A stretch of DNA of 64,000 nt, from contig JAVBPX010000001.1 of the NCBI GenBank assembly GCA_031549365.1, positions 96,001 through 160,000 on the forward strand, read 5' to 3'. The stretch is from Alphaproteobacteria bacterium. Lineage in GTDB: Bacteria; Pseudomonadota; Alphaproteobacteria; Rs-D84. The notes beneath the pieces were generated by a model that saw nothing but the letters and a program-made list of their open reading frames with translations, was not told where the DNA came from and ran no database searches. The translations under genes were made by a program, and so were the position numbers. Below, piece after piece: positions 30,649 through 41,086 of the stretch; within the stretch, counting starts at the first letter, position 1, and the number at the start of each line of letters is the position of its first letter.

Positions 30649-31287
30649 TTACTTTGGATTATGACTAAAAATATCCCTCTCGGACCATTCTAAATCCAAT
30701 AAAACCCTTGTTGGCAAAAATTCAAAACAAGAATTTGCAACATCCAACAAATTTTTATCCTCTAACATTTGTTCCAACACCAGTTTTAATTCATGCAAAA
30801 ACAACACATCGTTGGCTGCATATTCACGTTGCGGACGCGTTAAATCTTTGGACCAATCGGACATATTTTCTGACTTGTCCAATTCGATACCCAAAACCTC
30901 TTTTAATGAACGGGCCAGAGTATGCCCTTTTTTAGGCCGGGCCAATAAAACTGCAATTTTAGAACAAAATGTTGGCATTGCCCAAACGCCCAATTCTTTG
31001 TAAATCATCAATAAATCCATCCGGGCATAATGAAATATTTTTAAACATTTTTTATTTGATAAAACACGCTTTAAATTATCATATTCTACACCGCGCTTGA
31101 TCTGAACCAAATAAACATCGTCGCTGCCCTTGGCCTTTAATTGAACCAATAATAAACGATCTTCGTGAACATCAATACCTGTTAATTCAGTATCAACCGC
31201 CAATTCTTTGGTTTTTAATAAATCTTCGGCCATTTCATCCGATAAATCTTGTTTTAAATAAATTATGTTTGGCGCTGTCATAAACAT
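30649..31287 (-). CDS. rnd: RNase D-like 3'-5' exonuclease
   Basis: AVDTE, KIFHYARMD, SDWS, YAANDV (DEDDy). Confidence 0.88.
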   Translation of the reverse strand: MFMTAPNIIYLKQDLSDEMAEDLLKTKELAVDTELTGIDVHEDRLLLVQLKAKGSDDVYLVQIKRGVEYDNLKRVLSNKKCLKIFHYARMDLLMIYKELGVWAMPTFCSKIAVLLARPKKGHTLARSLKEVLGIELDKSENMSDWSKDLTRPQREYAANDVLFLHELKLVLEQMLEDKNLLDVANSCFEFLPTRVLLDLEWSERDIFSHNPK

Positions 31288-31751
31288 GTCCTTTTTGCTT
31301 GATCCAAAAAATCATTTAATAAAATTGTCGCAGACATTTGATCCGTTGTTTCGCGTCGACGTGCTCTGGATAAATTTAATTCGCCCAATAATCTGGATTC
31401 TGCGGCCTTGGATGTTAAACGTTCGTCCATAAAAAATATTGGAAAATCAAACTGGGCCAATAATTTATCTGCAAATCCGCGAACTTTACCGGCCGTTTCA
31501 CCGATTGACCCGTCCATATTTTTTGGGTCCCCAATAACAATACCACCTATGTTATTCTCGGATATCATGGTTAAAATTGTATCTATTGCCCTGTCCTGAT
31601 TTTTTGCTTCAATTTGCGCCCTGGGTAACGCCATCACCATATCATAGTCAGACACAGCAATACCAATACGAACACTGCCCCAATCAATCGCCAAAACGCG
31701 CTTTTTTTGGGGGATTTTTGACATAAAATCCTTGCAACTTGTGTAAATCAA
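31278..31751 (-). CDS. ruvX: pre-16S rRNA nuclease / Holliday junction resolvase-like YqgF
   Basis: LAIDWGSVRIGIAVSD, GDPKNMDG, DERLTS. Confidence 0.92.
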   Translation of the reverse strand: MIYTSCKDFMSKIPQKKRVLAIDWGSVRIGIAVSDYDMVMALPRAQIEAKNQDRAIDTILTMISENNIGGIVIGDPKNMDGSIGETAGKVRGFADKLLAQFDFPIFFMDERLTSKAAESRLLGELNLSRARRRETTDQMSATILLNDFLDQAKRTCL

Positions 31752-31792
31752 TGGTATAACCTTCTATGTTTTATATAACCAAAGGTAGCATA

Positions 31793-32092
31793 ATGAGTAT
31801 TGATAAATCAAGTCTGAAAAAAATCGCAAAATCAGTATGCCTGGAAATAACCGATGAACAAATTGATAATTTGGATTTAATATCTGTTATTGAATGGGCC
31901 GGCGAAATTTCCCGTGTTGATACAAAAAATATTGAACCAATGTATCATATTCCAACGCATGCTATGATATTCCGTGATGATGTTGCCAATACTGGCGGGA
32001 TTCAGAAAACAATACTTGCAAATTCACCGGATAAAACGGGCGTAAATGCCGGCTATTTTGCCGTTCCAAAAATGATAGGTGGGGAAGAATAA
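31793..32092 (+). CDS. gatC: Asp/Glu-tRNA amidotransferase subunit C
   Basis: VDTKNIEPM, FRDDV, YFAVPKMI; precedes gatA. Confidence 0.88.
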   Translation: MSIDKSSLKKIAKSVCLEITDEQIDNLDLISVIEWAGEISRVDTKNIEPMYHIPTHAMIFRDDVANTGGIQKTILANSPDKTGVNAGYFAVPKMIGGEE

Positions 32093-32094
32093 CC

Positions 32095-33573
32095 ATGACA
32101 AAATTATACGATTTAACATTAAACGAAGCATTGATTGGGTTAAAAAACCGCGATTTCTCATCAGCTGAATTAACAAATGCTTTTTTATCCCGTATGGAAA
32201 AATTCCGTACAATGAACGCGTATATTACGGAAACACCTGAACGCGCTTTGGCTGATGCGACGGCGGCGGATAAACGAATTGCCGATGGCAACACCCTGCC
32301 GTTGGATGGCGCCCCAATCGGAATGAAGGATTTATTCGCAACACGCGGAATTCGCACAACCGCGGCCTCACGTATTTTGGAAAATTTTGTACCAGATTAT
32401 GAATCAACGATTTCAAAAAAATTGACTGACGCAGGAACAGTATTATTGGGCAAATTGAATTTGGATGAATTCGCCTGTGGAACCACATCCAAATCATCAT
32501 TTTTTGGAACTCCGATTAATCCGTGGAAAAATGAACTGAAATTAATTGCAGGCGGATCGTCCGGCGGCTCAACTGTTGCTGTTGCTGGGGGATTGTGCTT
32601 GGCCGCAACAGGGACCGATACCGGCGGTTCAATCCGTTATCCATCATCAATCACTGGGTTGGTCGGATTTAAACCAACTTATGGAACATGTTCTCGTTAT
32701 GGATGTATTGCATATTCATCATCGTTGGATACTCCCGGGACATTATCCCGAACTGTCATGGACGCGGCGCTAATGTTTGATACAATGCGCGGATATGATC
32801 CGATGGACGCAACATCTTCGCCTGAAAAATTCGATCCAGCAACACCAGAAATTGGAAAAAAATCCGTATCCAAATTACGCGTTGGCACAATTCGTGAAAT
32901 TAATGAATTGCCATTATCGGATGATGCCCGCAAATTATACATGAAACATTTGGAATCATTGAAATCCATGGGCGCTGAAATAATTGAATTTTCAATGCCT
33001 CTGGTCCATTACGCATTACACAGCTATGCGATAATTACCGCGACCGAGGTCGCTTCTAATTTGGCCCGTTATGACGGCGTTCGTTATGGATTGCGCGTTG
33101 ATGGAACGGATTTGAATGACATGTATGTAAAAACACGCAACGCTGGATTTGGCGGAACAATTACCCGCAAAATAATGCTGGGCGCAACTTTTTCATCATC
33201 CAAATATTTTGAATCCCATTATGTCCAGGCCGCCCGCGTTCGCCAAATGGTAACAGACGCGTTTGATGATATTTTATCAAAATGTGATTTGTTGCTAACG
33301 CCAACTTGTTTGAACCCTGCATTTCCAATTGATCGCGAAATGAACGCAATTGACGCATCAGCACTTGATTTGTTGGTATTGCCGATGAATTTGGCTGGGT
33401 TACCATCTTGCTCGGTCCCATCAGGATTAACAACTGACGGATTGCCGGTTGGAATCCAGGTTGTTGGCCGTCGATTTGATGATAACAACGTATTGGCATT
33501 TGCCCATGTCGTTGAACAATTGGCCCGTGACAACGGCTTTGATAATAAACCAAGCCTTATTTTGGGGGAATAA
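32095..33573 (+). CDS. gatA: Asp/Glu-tRNA amidotransferase subunit A
   Basis: GGSSGGS, TGTDTGGSIR, SNLARYDGVRYG. Confidence 0.96.
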   Translation: MTKLYDLTLNEALIGLKNRDFSSAELTNAFLSRMEKFRTMNAYITETPERALADATAADKRIADGNTLPLDGAPIGMKDLFATRGIRTTAASRILENFVPDYESTISKKLTDAGTVLLGKLNLDEFACGTTSKSSFFGTPINPWKNELKLIAGGSSGGSTVAVAGGLCLAATGTDTGGSIRYPSSITGLVGFKPTYGTCSRYGCIAYSSSLDTPGTLSRTVMDAALMFDTMRGYDPMDATSSPEKFDPATPEIGKKSVSKLRVGTIREINELPLSDDARKLYMKHLESLKSMGAEIIEFSMPLVHYALHSYAIITATEVASNLARYDGVRYGLRVDGTDLNDMYVKTRNAGFGGTITRKIMLGATFSSSKYFESHYVQAARVRQMVTDAFDDILSKCDLLLTPTCLNPAFPIDREMNAIDASALDLLVLPMNLAGLPSCSVPSGLTTDGLPVGIQVVGRRFDDNNVLAFAHVVEQLARDNGFDNKPSLILGE

Positions 33574-33574
33574 T

Positions 33575-35041
33575 ATGACATACTTAATTCATGGAAAAAC
33601 ATCTGATTGGGAATTGGTAATTGGGCTGGAAACCCACATGCAGGTTACATCAAACGCCAAATTATTTTCAGGGGCATCTGCCGATTATACTCCGAAATCA
33701 ATCCCAAATGACCAGGTTGACTTTATCGATGCCGCATTCCCTGGAATGTTGCCAACACCAAATCGTTTTTGCATCGATCAGGCAATCCGCATGGGACTTG
33801 GCATTAATGCAGAAATCAATTTAAAATCCATTTTTGCACGTAAAAATTATTTCTATGCTGATTTGGCATCTGGGTATCAAATCACCCAAACAACACCCAT
33901 TGTTGGAAACGGGTATTTGGATATTTTGGACGAGGATAATAATACAAAACGCATCCGTATTGAACGCATTCACTTGGAACAAGATGCCGGGAAAAATAAA
34001 CACGACCAAAACCCAACAAAATCATTCGTTGATTTTAACCGCGCCGGCGTTGCATTAATGGAAATCGTATCATTTCCTGACATATCGTCCCCGGTTCAGG
34101 CCGCAAATTATTTACGCGGATTACAGGCCATTGCCCGCGCATTAAAAACATCCGATGGAAATATGGAGGCAGGATCCATGCGAGCGGATGTCAACGTATC
34201 CGTACGCCGTGTTGGTGAAACAGAATTCCGCACTCGTTGTGAAATAAAAAACATGACCAGCTTTTCTTTCATCCAATCCGCAATTGAATTCGAAGCCAAC
34301 CGCCAGGTTGAAATATATGAAAACGGTGGTGTAATTGACCAAGAAACACGCCGTTATCATCCGGATATAAATGAAACTTCGACCCTGCGATCCAAGGAAA
34401 ACGCCCTTGATTACCGATATTTTCCCGATCCGGATTTATTGCCATTGATATTAACATCTGAATATGTTGAAAATATTCGCAAATCCATGCCTGAATTACC
34501 GGCCGCTAAACGCAACCGTTTCATATCCGAATATGGGTTATCCGAATATGATGCAAACATTTTAACAATGGACATGAACACTGCCGAATGGTTTGAAAAA
34601 TCCGTTAATGGAAATGCGAAATCTGCAAAACCAATTGCAAATTGGATGATATCTGAATTATTTGCGCATTTAAATAAATCAAACGAAACATTATTGGATT
34701 GCCCGATTAAACCGGAACATTTATCCGAACTGGTTGAATTGATTTCAACGGATGTAATATCCGGCAAAATCGCCAAAACCGTATTTGCAAAAATGTTGGA
34801 AGGCGACGGCGAACCATCAAAAATCGTTGAAAAACACGGATTGAAACAGGTAACCGACACATCTGCAATTGATGCGGTCATTGATGAATTGATTGCATCA
34901 AACCCGGATTCTGTTTCGGCATATAAAAACGGTAAAACCGCTTTAATCGGTTGGTTTGTTGGCCAAGTAATGCAAAAAACCGGCGGCCGCGCAAACCCTG
35001 GCGTTGTAAACCAATTATTAACCAAAAAACTGAATGGATAA
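33575..35041 (+). CDS. gatB: Asp/Glu-tRNA amidotransferase subunit B
   Basis: VIGLETH, RIHLEQDAGK, YRYFPDPDL, GRANP; start moved to MTYLI. Confidence 0.96.
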   Translation: MTYLIHGKTSDWELVIGLETHMQVTSNAKLFSGASADYTPKSIPNDQVDFIDAAFPGMLPTPNRFCIDQAIRMGLGINAEINLKSIFARKNYFYADLASGYQITQTTPIVGNGYLDILDEDNNTKRIRIERIHLEQDAGKNKHDQNPTKSFVDFNRAGVALMEIVSFPDISSPVQAANYLRGLQAIARALKTSDGNMEAGSMRADVNVSVRRVGETEFRTRCEIKNMTSFSFIQSAIEFEANRQVEIYENGGVIDQETRRYHPDINETSTLRSKENALDYRYFPDPDLLPLILTSEYVENIRKSMPELPAAKRNRFISEYGLSEYDANILTMDMNTAEWFEKSVNGNAKSAKPIANWMISELFAHLNKSNETLLDCPIKPEHLSELVELISTDVISGKIAKTVFAKMLEGDGEPSKIVEKHGLKQVTDTSAIDAVIDELIASNPDSVSAYKNGKTALIGWFVGQVMQKTGGRANPGVVNQLLTKKLNG

Positions 35042-35257
35042 AATCATGTATAAATTACACCAAGTATTACGTAAATTGTTTCCAAATGCCCCTGTTGCAT
35101 TTTTCCTTTTTCCACAAAACAAACGTTTGGAAAAAAGAAACAACAGCAAACAACTATCAAACAAAACAAATACTGTTTTAAAATTTCACAATCGCACACA
35201 TCAAAACCGCAGCGGGAAATAAATTGATTCTAAAACAGGTAAAAATTAAAAAATAAA

Positions 35258-36577
35258 ATGTCCAAGCCATCAACATTTTTTCTGCAAACTTTTGGATGCC
35301 AAATGAATGTGTATGATGGCAAACGCATATCATCAATGTTGATCCAACACGGATTAAAACATGTTGAAAATGCAGCGGATGCGGATGTCATCATTTTAAA
35401 TACTTGTTCTGTCCGGGAAAAGGCATCGGAAAAAATATTTTCAGCACTCGGCCGATTGGAAAAAATAAAATCAAAACGACAGAAATTAACAAAAAGGCCG
35501 GTAATTATGGGTATTGTCGGCTGCGTCGCACGCGAATCCGGCGCGAATGCCTTTCGCCGCCAACGGGCACTAAATTTTGTTTTGGGCCCCCAGAGCTATC
35601 ATAAATTACCCGAAATATTATTGGATCCCGAAACACCATATTTGGATATTGATTTATCAGGGTTGGAAAAATTTAATGCCCTGCCCGCCGTTCACGAAAG
35701 CACGGCTGTTGGTTATGTCCCGATCCAAGAAGGTTGCGACCACGTATGCACGTATTGCATTGTTCCATACACTCGCGGCCGCGAATTATCACGCGATATG
35801 ATGGATATAATGGCCGAGATTGAACACCTGGCCCACCTGGGCGCAATGGAAATTTGTTTTTTGGGACAAAATGTAAATGGGTATCGCGGGCCAAACGGAA
35901 AAACATTGGCCGATTTAATTCGTGAAACTGCAAAAATACCAGCAATTAAACGAATTTGGTATACATCATCATATCCAACCGAAATGACGGATGAATTGAT
36001 TGCAATGCACGGGACTGAACCAAAATTGTTACCAATTGTCCATTTGCCGCTTCAATCTGGGTCGCCCGCCGTTTTAAAACGAATGAACCGTCCGTACGAT
36101 TTAAATCAATACATATCAATTATTGAAAAATTACGCGCTGCACGATCCGATTTACAAATTTCATCCGATTTTATTGTTGGATTTCCTGGGGAAACGGACG
36201 ACGATTTTAATGAAACTGTAAATATCGTTAATAAAATTGGATACATAAATTCGTTCAGTTTTAAATATTCCAAACGTCCGCATACTGCTGCGGCATTAAT
36301 GATGGATCAAATTCCTGAAAATATAAAATCGGTTCGTCTAAAAACATTGGACGGGATTTTAAACGAACAACAACGCGCTTTTAATCAATCATTAATTGGA
36401 AAAACTTTTTCATGTTTAATTGATCAAAACGGCAAACTTCCGAACCAAGTTATTGCCCGCACACCATACATGCAGCCCGTGATTTTGGATAATGCGAAAC
36501 ATTTAATGGGCAAATTGGTTAACGTTAAAATCACATCCGGAAACAAGAGTGCGTTAAGGGGGGATATCATAGAATGA
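35258..36577 (+). CDS. miaB: tRNA-2-methylthio-N6-dimethylallyladenosine synthase
   Basis: TFGCQMNVYD, NTCSVREKA, EGCDHVCTYCIVP, C-terminal TRAM. Confidence 0.95.
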   Translation: MSKPSTFFLQTFGCQMNVYDGKRISSMLIQHGLKHVENAADADVIILNTCSVREKASEKIFSALGRLEKIKSKRQKLTKRPVIMGIVGCVARESGANAFRRQRALNFVLGPQSYHKLPEILLDPETPYLDIDLSGLEKFNALPAVHESTAVGYVPIQEGCDHVCTYCIVPYTRGRELSRDMMDIMAEIEHLAHLGAMEICFLGQNVNGYRGPNGKTLADLIRETAKIPAIKRIWYTSSYPTEMTDELIAMHGTEPKLLPIVHLPLQSGSPAVLKRMNRPYDLNQYISIIEKLRAARSDLQISSDFIVGFPGETDDDFNETVNIVNKIGYINSFSFKYSKRPHTAAALMMDQIPENIKSVRLKTLDGILNEQQRAFNQSLIGKTFSCLIDQNGKLPNQVIARTPYMQPVILDNAKHLMGKLVNVKITSGNKSALRGDIIE

Positions 36578-38580
36578 CAACAACACACATAACAATAAAT
36601 GACACTCGCTGGAAAAACGCCAAACTTGATTTTGGCACAATTGTTAATCAAACGTTAAAGTATATGGGGCATAAAAAACCCGGGGCCGAGGTTTCAATCC
36701 TACTTACCAATGATTCCGAAATCCAAAAATTAAATTCTGAATATCGCGGCAAAAACAAACCAACAAACGTATTATCATTTGAAACTGGTGATGATATGAT
36801 GCTGGGCGATATTGTATTATCATATGATACAGTTGAACGCGAATCTATATCTGAACACAAATCTTTTAAAAATCATGCGACTCATCTAATTATCCACGGG
36901 GTATTACATTTATTGGGTTACGATCATATTGATGAAAATCAAGCCAATGAAATGGAGGGGTTGGAACAAAAAATCCTTAATACCATGAAAATTGCTGACC
37001 CGTATTCTGATAAACACCGCAAATTGCCAAAATGGTTGCGCGGTTCATTATTATCATTTGGATTAATGTTGCTGGGTGCATTTACATCCCTTGGGTTTGC
37101 TCCAACAAATTTTATTTGGGCGTCGATTATCGGAATGATTGTTTATTACATTGTAATTTTTCCAAAACACGGATTTATAAATGGAATGAAAACCGGCTTT
37201 TGGTTTGGCGCAGGATACGCATTAACCATGTTATCATGGATGACATCATCATTTTTTGTTGACGCAACGGCGGCTGCAACATTTGGTCCATTATTACCAC
37301 TGGCGTTAATGGGGATTGGAATTGGTGGCGGAATTATATTTGGATTGCCTGCGGCACTGACAGCTATGACGCGCGAAACATCCTGGCGACATGCCGTGTT
37401 TTTTGCAACATTTTCAACATTAATATTATGGGCCCGCGGTTGGATTCTTACTGGATTTCCCTGGAACCCGTTCGGCTTGGTTTTAATGCCATATGCAGCG
37501 ATCGCAAATTCAATGTCTTTGATTGGATCATTGGGGCTTTCATTTTTGTTGATCGGTTTGTGTTCAGCAATTGGATTTATAATCGCCAAACGCATATATA
37601 AAATACCAGCCCGCACAATGGATCAATTAATGGTATCTGTGTTTGCAATATTATTGTTTGCTTGTTCTTGCTATGGGGCATACCGCTTGAATATGGAATT
37701 ACCAAAACCAATTGCAAATGTCCGTTTGGTCCAGGCCGCAATCCCACAACAATTCAAATGGGACCCAGAAATGGCAACTGATCACGTAAATAAACACATC
37801 ATGCTGTCGAATTTACCATCAAAAAATCATTTGGATGCCATAATTTGGCCGGAAAGCGCATATCCATTCGTACAATCAAAACCGGTCTTTTTGCCCGCTA
37901 CCCAAACAAAAATGCGTGATAATATTTTAATCAGTGGCGCAATATTAAAATCAGATTCAAATTACTATAACGGATTAATTGTTGCGAACACATCTGGCAA
38001 TATTATCCAAACATATCAAAAACATCACTTGGTCCCATTTGGAGAATATAATCCATTTGAAATTATTGGGATGGGCGCATTGGTTCCAATGCCCGGGTCT
38101 TTTGGTTCAGGGAATGGTGTTAAGACGATTGAAACACCAACCTTTTCATTTGCCCCAGCAATCTGCTATGAAATAATTTTTTCAGGCGGAGTTATTGGCG
38201 ATATAAAACCAAAAATGATTTTAAACATCACAAATGATGGTTGGTTTGGAACAACGTCTGGGCCATACCAACATTTAAACTTGGCCATTGCACATGCAAT
38301 TGAAACTGGAACTTCGGTTACACGTGTATCATATTCGGGAATATCCGCTGTAATTGATCCTGTTGGATATTTGGTAAACGGAGAACGTACAACCATCACC
38401 GACAGCGTAATTTCAAACGATGTATCAAACAATATCCCACTACAACAAATGGGCGTGTTGGATGTTTATGTGCCGGGACCAATGTATGCACCGTATTTAT
38501 GGGTCGGCCCACATAAAATGATGATATTGATTTTGTTATTGGTATTAATTACGACAAAAATTCGATTTAATCGGAAATAA
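36574..38580 (+). CDS. ybeY-lnt: YbeY endoribonuclease fused to apolipoprotein N-acyltransferase Lnt
   Basis: N-term LNSEYRGKNKPTNVLSF, HGVLHLLGYDH; C-term TGFPWN, WPESA, KHHLVPFGEY, ICYE, ITNDGWFG in one stop-free ORF. Confidence 0.92.
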   Translation: MTTTHITINDTRWKNAKLDFGTIVNQTLKYMGHKKPGAEVSILLTNDSEIQKLNSEYRGKNKPTNVLSFETGDDMMLGDIVLSYDTVERESISEHKSFKNHATHLIIHGVLHLLGYDHIDENQANEMEGLEQKILNTMKIADPYSDKHRKLPKWLRGSLLSFGLMLLGAFTSLGFAPTNFIWASIIGMIVYYIVIFPKHGFINGMKTGFWFGAGYALTMLSWMTSSFFVDATAAATFGPLLPLALMGIGIGGGIIFGLPAALTAMTRETSWRHAVFFATFSTLILWARGWILTGFPWNPFGLVLMPYAAIANSMSLIGSLGLSFLLIGLCSAIGFIIAKRIYKIPARTMDQLMVSVFAILLFACSCYGAYRLNMELPKPIANVRLVQAAIPQQFKWDPEMATDHVNKHIMLSNLPSKNHLDAIIWPESAYPFVQSKPVFLPATQTKMRDNILISGAILKSDSNYYNGLIVANTSGNIIQTYQKHHLVPFGEYNPFEIIGMGALVPMPGSFGSGNGVKTIETPTFSFAPAICYEIIFSGGVIGDIKPKMILNITNDGWFGTTSGPYQHLNLAIAHAIETGTSVTRVSYSGISAVIDPVGYLVNGERTTITDSVISNDVSNNIPLQQMGVLDVYVPGPMYAPYLWVGPHKMMILILLLVLITTKIRFNRK

Positions 38581-38968
38581 CTTTTTTCATATTAATGGCA
38601 TCAACACCACTGTAATATCCGGGACGTCGCCCTATTTCAACAAAACCTGTTTTTTTGTATAACGATATTGCGGCAATATTTTCAACACTGACTTCTAAAA
38701 AAATTGATTTAACTCCGGCTGATTTTAATTCTTTTTCCATCAATGCTAACATTGTTTCAGCGATCCCGCTTCGACGAGAATTCGGACGAACGGCAATTGT
38801 TAATAATTCAGCCTCGTCCAAAACACTCCGCCATACAATTAATCCATTGTCGGATGCCAAAATCTCGGCCCCAGATTTTTTTAATTCATCAAAATCCGTG
38901 GCGCACCAACCATGATCCCCAAATGATTCACGATGTAAATCTTCCAATAATTTTATGAATTCTGACAT
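38567..38968 (-). CDS. rimI: ribosomal protein S18-alanine N-acetyltransferase
   Basis: DEAELLTIAV, RRSGIA, FLEVSVEN, RPGYY. Confidence 0.88.
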   Translation of the reverse strand: MSEFIKLLEDLHRESFGDHGWCATDFDELKKSGAEILASDNGLIVWRSVLDEAELLTIAVRPNSRRSGIAETMLALMEKELKSAGVKSIFLEVSVENIAAISLYKKTGFVEIGRRPGYYSGVDAINMKKVISD

Positions 38969-39522
38969 GTGTTCTTCTCGGCATAATGGGGGCGCAAATA
39001 CATGGGAATAACATCTAAAACACCGGCTTTTTTGTCCATTGCCATGAAACCAAATTTCATATCTGTTGGAATTTTTGTAATGACTTTTAATTCTGTATTT
39101 TTAATCTCTTGGTCGGTCATAGTTGATGGTTCAATTAAAACCGAGCCGTCAGAATTAATTCCGGATACAAAAAAATCTTCGCGACCCGAATTAATTTTGA
39201 ATAATGCGGCATGCCCCGAATTTTCGGCCGCCATCATATCGAATACTGATACCGGGACAACCGGGATGTTTAATCCCAACCCAACGCCCTTGGCAAATGC
39301 GATTGACAAACGAATGCCGGTAAAAGAGCCCGGCCCTACAACGACGCCAACTTGGGATAATTCCTTAAATTTAACATCTGCATCATGCAAAACGTCATCG
39401 GTCATTTTGATTAAATCGACGGCTTGGCGTTCTGCTGTAAATTCACGTGCAAAAATCTGGCCTTTTGTTTCAACGGCCACACGAATATTTTGTGTTGATG
39501 TATCAATAAACAATCTCTTCAT
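38953..39522 (-). CDS. tsaB: t6A biosynthesis protein TsaB
   Basis: LFIDTS, GPGSFTGIR, PMYLR. Confidence 0.92.
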   Translation of the reverse strand: MKRLFIDTSTQNIRVAVETKGQIFAREFTAERQAVDLIKMTDDVLHDADVKFKELSQVGVVVGPGSFTGIRLSIAFAKGVGLGLNIPVVPVSVFDMMAAENSGHAALFKINSGREDFFVSGINSDGSVLIEPSTMTDQEIKNTELKVITKIPTDMKFGFMAMDKKAGVLDVIPMYLRPHYAEKNTCQNS

Positions 39523-39596
39523 TGCCATATAATGGCACAGCTTTTTTACTAAATCAAGGCCTTGATTTCAGGCCCCCATCGCGCTATTATCCGGAT

Positions 39597-40679
39597 ATGA
39601 TAATAACATTAACATTGACCAATTTTCGAAATCACCCAACAACCCGCATTCGGGTTGATGGCGCGCGGCACATTGTATTAACCGGCGAAAATGGATCGGG
39701 TAAAACAAACGTGATCGAGGCTTTATCCTTGCTCGCCCCTGGCACAGGACTTCGTCGTGCAAATTTATCGGAAATTTCTACCTTTAATTCATCATCCGGA
39801 TTCGGAGTCGTTGCAGAATTGTCAAATGGGACATTGGTTGCAACGGCATTATCAAATGATTCTGAAAAGCGTGTTGCTACAATTGATAAACAAACATCCG
39901 CAATATCCCATTTTCCAAATGTGATACGTTTGGTTTGGATAACCCCGCGCGAGGATCGACTGTTTAACGATTCAGTATCCGATCGTCGTTCATTTTTTGA
40001 TCAATTAATAACAACATTTGATCCTGCACATTCTGGCCGAATTTCCAGATTATCCAAATTACTAAACGAACGTGCATACGCATTAAAATGTGGGGGCGAT
40101 TCAATTTGGCTGGACGGAATTGAAAAACATTTATCTGAAACATCCGCATCAATTGCAGCCGCACGCGTGATGTATGCATCCGAAATTAATCATTTTTTTG
40201 GTGACGCATCATCCCCATTTGGCCAAAACGCATTGACTGTTTCCGGTTGGTTCGAGGATCGAATTATTAAAAATAAAACGTCAATTGAAATCGAATCTGA
40301 ATATATTGAATACCTGCGAAATAACCGGTTTTTAACCAATGATAAACAAATAATTGATGGGCCGAATAAATCGGATATTGTGACTTGGAATATAACATTG
40401 GACCGCCCTGCACACCTGTGTTCCACCGGCCAGCAAAAGATGATTTTATTATCTTTGATTTTATCCCATGCAAAATTGGTCATGACAAAAACTGGATCTG
40501 CGCCCGTTATATTATTGGACGAAGTCGTCGCACATTTGGATCCAAACACGCGCGCATCTTTGTTTAACGCATTGAACCAATTGAATGGGCAAACCTGGAT
40601 GACGGGCGTTGATCCCAATTTATTTTCGGGACTGGACGGTGCATTAATTTTAAACGTTAATAATGGTAAAATTTCTTAA
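39597..40679 (+). CDS. recF: DNA replication/repair protein RecF
   Basis: LTNFRN, GENGSGKTN, CSTGQQK, LLDEVVAHLD; start moved to MIITL. Confidence 0.93.
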   Translation: MIITLTLTNFRNHPTTRIRVDGARHIVLTGENGSGKTNVIEALSLLAPGTGLRRANLSEISTFNSSSGFGVVAELSNGTLVATALSNDSEKRVATIDKQTSAISHFPNVIRLVWITPREDRLFNDSVSDRRSFFDQLITTFDPAHSGRISRLSKLLNERAYALKCGGDSIWLDGIEKHLSETSASIAAARVMYASEINHFFGDASSPFGQNALTVSGWFEDRIIKNKTSIEIESEYIEYLRNNRFLTNDKQIIDGPNKSDIVTWNITLDRPAHLCSTGQQKMILLSLILSHAKLVMTKTGSAPVILLDEVVAHLDPNTRASLFNALNQLNGQTWMTGVDPNLFSGLDGALILNVNNGKIS

Positions 40680-41014
40680 TCACAAACTTTTTGCTTGGCC
40701 AAAAACGGTTCAATTTCATCTGTGATATACCGAACTATGTAATCATAAATCTCGGGGTTTCCACCGGTTGATAATGCCAATTTTTCAAATCCAGAACGCA
40801 CATTTTCGGTTTCGACCAAAAAATCAATTGGATGACAATCACGCTCTTGGAACTTTTCATATTTATGAATCAGATCTGCAAAAAATTTATTATGTTGCAT
40901 TGCGCGTTCCAACGTTACTTTTTCGGGAACACCATCGGCATATAAATTCGGAAAAACATATAAAACACCGGCAAATAAAACAAAAATCAGAATAAATTTA
41001 ATGAAATCTTTCAT
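40676..41014 (-). CDS. hypothetical protein with N-terminal TM/signal
   Basis: 112 aa, RBS AGGGG. Confidence 0.6.
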   Translation of the reverse strand: MKDFIKFILIFVLFAGVLYVFPNLYADGVPEKVTLERAMQHNKFFADLIHKYEKFQERDCHPIDFLVETENVRSGFEKLALSTGGNPEIYDYIVRYITDEIEPFLAKQKVCD

Positions 41015-41086
41015 GATGTACCCCTTTGATGGTTACATCATTTTAACATATATTAAAACTTAATTCAACCCATGGTTGCATAAATA

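Noticed and set aside
35034-35222. 62-aa ORF between gatB and miaB
   Set aside because: Could be real, but it has low-complexity K/N composition and no recognisable motif; not called
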